The position numbers were made by a program, and so were the translations under genes. The notes under the pieces were generated by a model. The model was not told where the DNA came from. It did no database searches and was given only the letters and a program-made list of their open reading frames with translations. Source: Pirellulales bacterium (GTDB lineage Bacteria > Planctomycetota > Planctomycetia > Pirellulales > PALSA-1355). Taken from it: a stretch of 64,000 bases of DNA. Of this stretch, positions 60,279-64,000 are shown one piece after another. Numbering within the stretch: the stretch's first letter is position 1; the number at the start of each line of letters is the position of its first letter. Location: NCBI GenBank assembly GCA_963733035.1, contig CAVTBU010000009.1, positions 280,022 to 344,021 on the forward strand, in the 5' to 3' direction.

Positions 60279-61724
60279 TCAACTCAGGATCTCGCGGATC
60301 ACCTGGCCGCCCTCAACCACGGCAACGGGTCGGCCTTGCTGGTCCGCAATCCGCAGTTCCGGATCGATGCCCAAGCGGTCGAAGATCGTGGCGGCCAGGT
60401 CCTCAGGACTCGTGGGATGATCGAGCGCGTACGCAGCATCGCGGTCGCTCGTGCCGTAGACCGTGCCGCCACGCACACCGGCGCCGGCGAGCACGGCTGG
60501 AAACAACGTGCTCCAATGATCGCGGCCCCAGCGAGCATTTGCCTTGGGCGTGCGTCCCATTTCACCTAGAGCGACTACCAACGTCTCGTCAAGCATTCCC
60601 CGGTCATCAAGGTCGGTTAGCAGCGCCGAAAGCGCCTGATCCAAACCCGGCACCAAATGCTGCTGCACGTCACCGCTCGAAGTGTGAGAGTCCCAGCTAT
60701 AGCCGTCCGGACAGTCCCAAGCTACGGTAACGAAACGCGTACCGGCCTCCACCAGACGGCGGGCCACGAGCGTCGCCTGACCGAACAGGTGCCGTCCGTA
60801 GGCGTCGCGAAGCTTGTCCGGCTCCTGGCGAATATCGAGCGCCCGGCGCACTTTCTCAGAACTGACCAGGTCCAAAGCCCTCTGGCGGAATTGATCGTAC
60901 GAAGCCGCGACGCCGCTCCGATCGAACGTTCTGCGAGCGGCATCGAATTGCTCGACCAGCGAACGCCGCCGCTGCAGTCGGTCGAGCGACAATCCTTCAT
61001 TCAACGCCAGCCCCTGGATCTGAAAGTTCAGCTCTTCGTCCGTGCAGTCACGAAAGAACGGATTGTCCTTCTCGTCGCGCTTCTTGATCGCCGTGGCCAA
61101 TGGGTCGTAGCCCCGCCCCAGCCAGCCGGCATATTGGCCCGGCCGATCCAACTTCGTGGAAAACGTCTGCAAGTGCCCCAAGCGATTGGGCAGGTAGACA
61201 AACCCGGGCATCTCGCGCCGGCCAGAGTTCGGCTTGCGTTCGTCGAGGTAATCGACGAGCGATCCGTACGCGGGCCAGTCTTTCTCGGTGGCATTGAAAC
61301 CGCCGCCAATGGGCACGTGCCACGGGCGACCGGTTTGAATGTAGTGGCCACCGCCTGAGTGGTCGTTGTACGAGTGCGACATCGTACGGACGACGCAGAA
61401 CTTATTCGAAACGGATGCGAGCCGCGGCATCAACTCGCAGATTCGCAGTTCTGGCGTGCGCGAGGCGATAGGCTTGAACGGCCCGCGAATCGCGCTCGGC
61501 GCGTCCGGCTTCATGTCGAACGTTTCGAGTTGGCTGGGGCCGCCGAACAAGAACAAGAAGATCACGCTCTTGGCACGCGGCGTGATCTCGGTGGATTGGT
61601 TCGCCTCAGCCGCGAGGATTTTTGGCAAGGAAAGGCCCAGCAGCCCCGCGCCGCCCGCCTGTAGCACTTGCCGACGAGTAAAGCCGCCACAGGTGCGTCG
61701 CGAGTTGCCGAACATGCTGAGCAT
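60279..61724 (-). CDS. DUF1501 domain protein (Tat-like signal)
   Basis: TRRQVLQAG, AKSVIFLFLFGGPSQLETFDMKP, ARRLVEAG, WDSH, GEMGRTPK, GRDHW. Confidence 0.95.
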   Translation of the reverse strand: MLSMFGNSRRTCGGFTRRQVLQAGGAGLLGLSLPKILAAEANQSTEITPRAKSVIFLFLFGGPSQLETFDMKPDAPSAIRGPFKPIASRTPELRICELMPRLASVSNKFCVVRTMSHSYNDHSGGGHYIQTGRPWHVPIGGGFNATEKDWPAYGSLVDYLDERKPNSGRREMPGFVYLPNRLGHLQTFSTKLDRPGQYAGWLGRGYDPLATAIKKRDEKDNPFFRDCTDEELNFQIQGLALNEGLSLDRLQRRRSLVEQFDAARRTFDRSGVAASYDQFRQRALDLVSSEKVRRALDIRQEPDKLRDAYGRHLFGQATLVARRLVEAGTRFVTVAWDCPDGYSWDSHTSSGDVQQHLVPGLDQALSALLTDLDDRGMLDETLVVALGEMGRTPKANARWGRDHWSTLFPAVLAGAGVRGGTVYGTSDRDAAYALDHPTSPEDLAATIFDRLGIDPELRIADQQGRPVAVVEGGQVIREILS

Positions 61725-61794
61725 CCGCGTAGCTCCTGTTTTGGTCCCGCGCCAAGTATGTCGTCAGAGGGACCGAAGCAACCGGTAAGGACTC

Positions 61795-63303
61795 TTAGGC
61801 CAACGCCTCGCCAATGACTTCTCCCTCGACCAACGGTAGCGGCCGGCCGAGGTTGTCGTGAACTACCTGATGATGGTCGATCCCTAACAGGTGATACATT
61901 GTGGCCAACAAGTCCTTGGGGCTGATAGGTCGCTCGAGCACGTCGCCCCCCTGTTTGTCAGACGCCCCAACGATGTGACCGCGCTTCGTGCCGCCGCCGG
62001 CGAGTAGCGAAGCATAGACTCGCGACCAATGATCGCGTCCGCCTCCCTGACCGGTTGTGATCTTCGGCGTGCGACCGTGCTCGCTCGTGCAAACGACGAG
62101 CGTATCATCCAACATGCCGCGCTGGTCCAGGTCGGTAATGAGGCCATACCACCCCTGGTCAAGTCCTGGGCAAAGCTCCTGCCTCATGCGCGCGTAGTGA
62201 TTGTAGTGTGTGTCCCAGCCGCTTCCCGCCAGACCGTATTCGTCCCAAAAGACGCTCACGACCTTGGTGCCGGCTTCGACCAGTCGACGCGCCGCCAAAC
62301 AAGACTGCCCGAACAGCGTGGCACCGTACAGTTCGCGGATAGCTGGATCTTCCTTGCGCAAGTCGAGGGCGTCGCGCAGCTTGTCCGACTCAAGCATTTC
62401 GTACGTCATCTCGCGGTAGCGGTTCAATTGCCGGCCGCGAGCCGACGAGGCCAAATCGCGTCGGGCCGCATCGAGTTGCGCGACCAGCGACTTTCGCCGT
62501 TCGAGGCGATCAAGCGTGACGTCGTCCGACAAGTTTGTGGCGGCGGGAACGTAGAAGTAGCTGTCTTTGCTAAGTCCGATGTACGGATCGTTGTCGTCAA
62601 AATGCTTGTCACCGAGCGTTTTCGCCAGGCCCTTGGTGGCCTGACCGACATAGTCGGTCCACACCGGATCGTATTCCGATCCCAAAAAAGTAGCGTACGG
62701 TCCCGCCCGCGGAACTTCACCCACGCGGCGGCTGGAAAACTTAAACGGCAAGGCGATGTTCGTGGGCACGGCACGGTGCGACGACTTCCCGGCCCGCTCG
62801 CGCTGGGTCTCAACATAGTCGACCACCGAGCCGAAGAACGGCCAGTTGCGCGGATCGCGCGGATTGAGTTCGGCTGGCAGATCGAGTGTTGGCACGCCGG
62901 TCAGCGCAAAGGCGACACCGTGCAGCGGATAGGGATGCGTGAGCGACCGGAGCACCGTCGTCCGATCCATCACCTTGGCGAACGTCGGCAACAGTTCGCA
63001 TACCCGGCAACCCGGCAGGCTCGACGGGATCGAACCGAGCTCGCCGCGAATTTCCAGCGGCGCATCCGGTTTGGGATCGACAAACTCGATCTGGCTGGGC
63101 GCGCCGTACAAATGAATCAGGATGATGGACTTGGCCCGGCCAAACGACTTGGGGCGCGCGGCGCCGTCAGACGCGGCGGCACGCTGCCAACTCGTCAGAT
63201 CCGGCAGCGTCATGCCGGCCAGACCCAGCCCGCCAATGCGAAGCAGATCGCGGCGGGTCATGCCGCCGCATAGCTTCCGAGCCGATCCGAGGATTCGCAG
63301 CAT
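61795..63303 (-). CDS. DUF1501 domain protein (Tat-like signal)
   Basis: TRRDLLRIG, AKSIILIHLYGAPSQIEFVDPKP, ARRLVEAG, WDTH, EHGRTPK, GRDHW. Confidence 0.95.
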   Translation of the reverse strand: MLRILGSARKLCGGMTRRDLLRIGGLGLAGMTLPDLTSWQRAAASDGAARPKSFGRAKSIILIHLYGAPSQIEFVDPKPDAPLEIRGELGSIPSSLPGCRVCELLPTFAKVMDRTTVLRSLTHPYPLHGVAFALTGVPTLDLPAELNPRDPRNWPFFGSVVDYVETQRERAGKSSHRAVPTNIALPFKFSSRRVGEVPRAGPYATFLGSEYDPVWTDYVGQATKGLAKTLGDKHFDDNDPYIGLSKDSYFYVPAATNLSDDVTLDRLERRKSLVAQLDAARRDLASSARGRQLNRYREMTYEMLESDKLRDALDLRKEDPAIRELYGATLFGQSCLAARRLVEAGTKVVSVFWDEYGLAGSGWDTHYNHYARMRQELCPGLDQGWYGLITDLDQRGMLDDTLVVCTSEHGRTPKITTGQGGGRDHWSRVYASLLAGGGTKRGHIVGASDKQGGDVLERPISPKDLLATMYHLLGIDHHQVVHDNLGRPLPLVEGEVIGEALA

Positions 63304-63511
63304 GGCGGTCCGCTCCAAGCTCGTGTCTCTCGTCCGTGCTTCGCCCGCGGCGAAACACACTTGCTTCGCGGGCCCCCGGCGGCGAACATCCACGGCCAGC
63401 GCCGGCGCTGCGAAACATCAAACTTCGCCAATATGTTACCAAACCGGGCCGCGTTCGCCTAGCGCGTGGCACTAATTGCCGGCAGGCAATTGTGAGGGCA
63501 ACGAGCCCCGC

Positions 63512-63922
63512 TCAATTGAATTCAAGCGGCGGTTTGTTGGCCCTGGCTCGCATTCCGTTGACGAGTTTAAGAACGGGCGGCCGCTGAATGATTGTGCGCT
63601 CCAGGCGTTGCTTTCCGGGGAAGTCCATCAGTGCGAGCCCCATCAGCACGGTGAGAATTCCCTGGCCGGGCGTAAAAAACATGATCAGTCCGGCCGCGAT
63701 AAACAGACCGCCGAGCAAATTTTTACCGATCACGAGCGACCACCACAGCAGCGGTCGCGACCGCCGCCAACTTTCCAGTGGCTTGTGTCGACATGCGAAG
63801 TAGTCCGCGGGAATCGCCGTCAGGTAATAATGACCAATCCAGAGACTCGCGACCAGCAACACGATTGAAGCGATAACCAATCCGGTGGTCAGGCCCGCGT
63901 GGTCGCCCAGCCATTCGATCAT
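63512..63922 (-). CDS. PGPGW-type small transmembrane protein
   Basis: KNLLG..FIAAGLIMFFTPGQGILTVLMGL..DFPGK..LE; C-terminal RARANKPPL. Confidence 0.8.
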   Translation of the reverse strand: MIEWLGDHAGLTTGLVIASIVLLVASLWIGHYYLTAIPADYFACRHKPLESWRRSRPLLWWSLVIGKNLLGGLFIAAGLIMFFTPGQGILTVLMGLALMDFPGKQRLERTIIQRPPVLKLVNGMRARANKPPLEFN

Positions 63923-64000
63923 TCCGTTCAAGAATTCCACGCGCATCGCTCCCAGCCACTTTGCGTTCCCGCCCGATTGCGTCATCATAAGCAAAGATGC

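Overview
A GC-rich (roughly 60-63% by eye) chromosomal segment of a Planctomycetota bacterium, most likely Pirellulales. The assignment rests on PVC-typical families: a PVC-type heme-binding CxxCH dehydrogenase, a DUF1559 prepilin, two DUF1501, DUF1549/DUF1553, a planctomycete cytochrome c-WD40 protein and an RRLxxxxFExIExRxLLA export motif. Housekeeping and repair genes present are birA, sucCD, gltA, CCA enzyme, pcrA/uvrD, mfd, addAB-like, polX and dgoD-like. I found no rRNA, tRNA, CRISPR array, integrase or transposase. Nine genes, including sucD, are split by 1-2 nt frameshifts, mostly in homopolymer or dinucleotide runs, which points to long-read assembly error rather than pseudogenisation. 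The main candidates for undescribed biology are: (1) a circularly permuted LamG-like domain inserted into an Ig-like domain of the PPC protein in the DUF1501/DUF1553 cluster; (2) a translationally coupled operon of a DUF3592 membrane protein, an arrestin/Spo0M-like protein and a P-loop ATPase; (3) a coupled pair of Era-like GTPase-DUF697 proteins; (4) a stand-alone RNA polymerase alpha-CTD gene divergent from pcrA and near mfd; (5) a lower-GC UbiA-methyltransferase-GT-C cassette; (6) an SdrD-B repeat adhesin with alternating Ca-loop and Cys-pair repeat subtypes. All family calls come from motif recognition by eye, not database searches.
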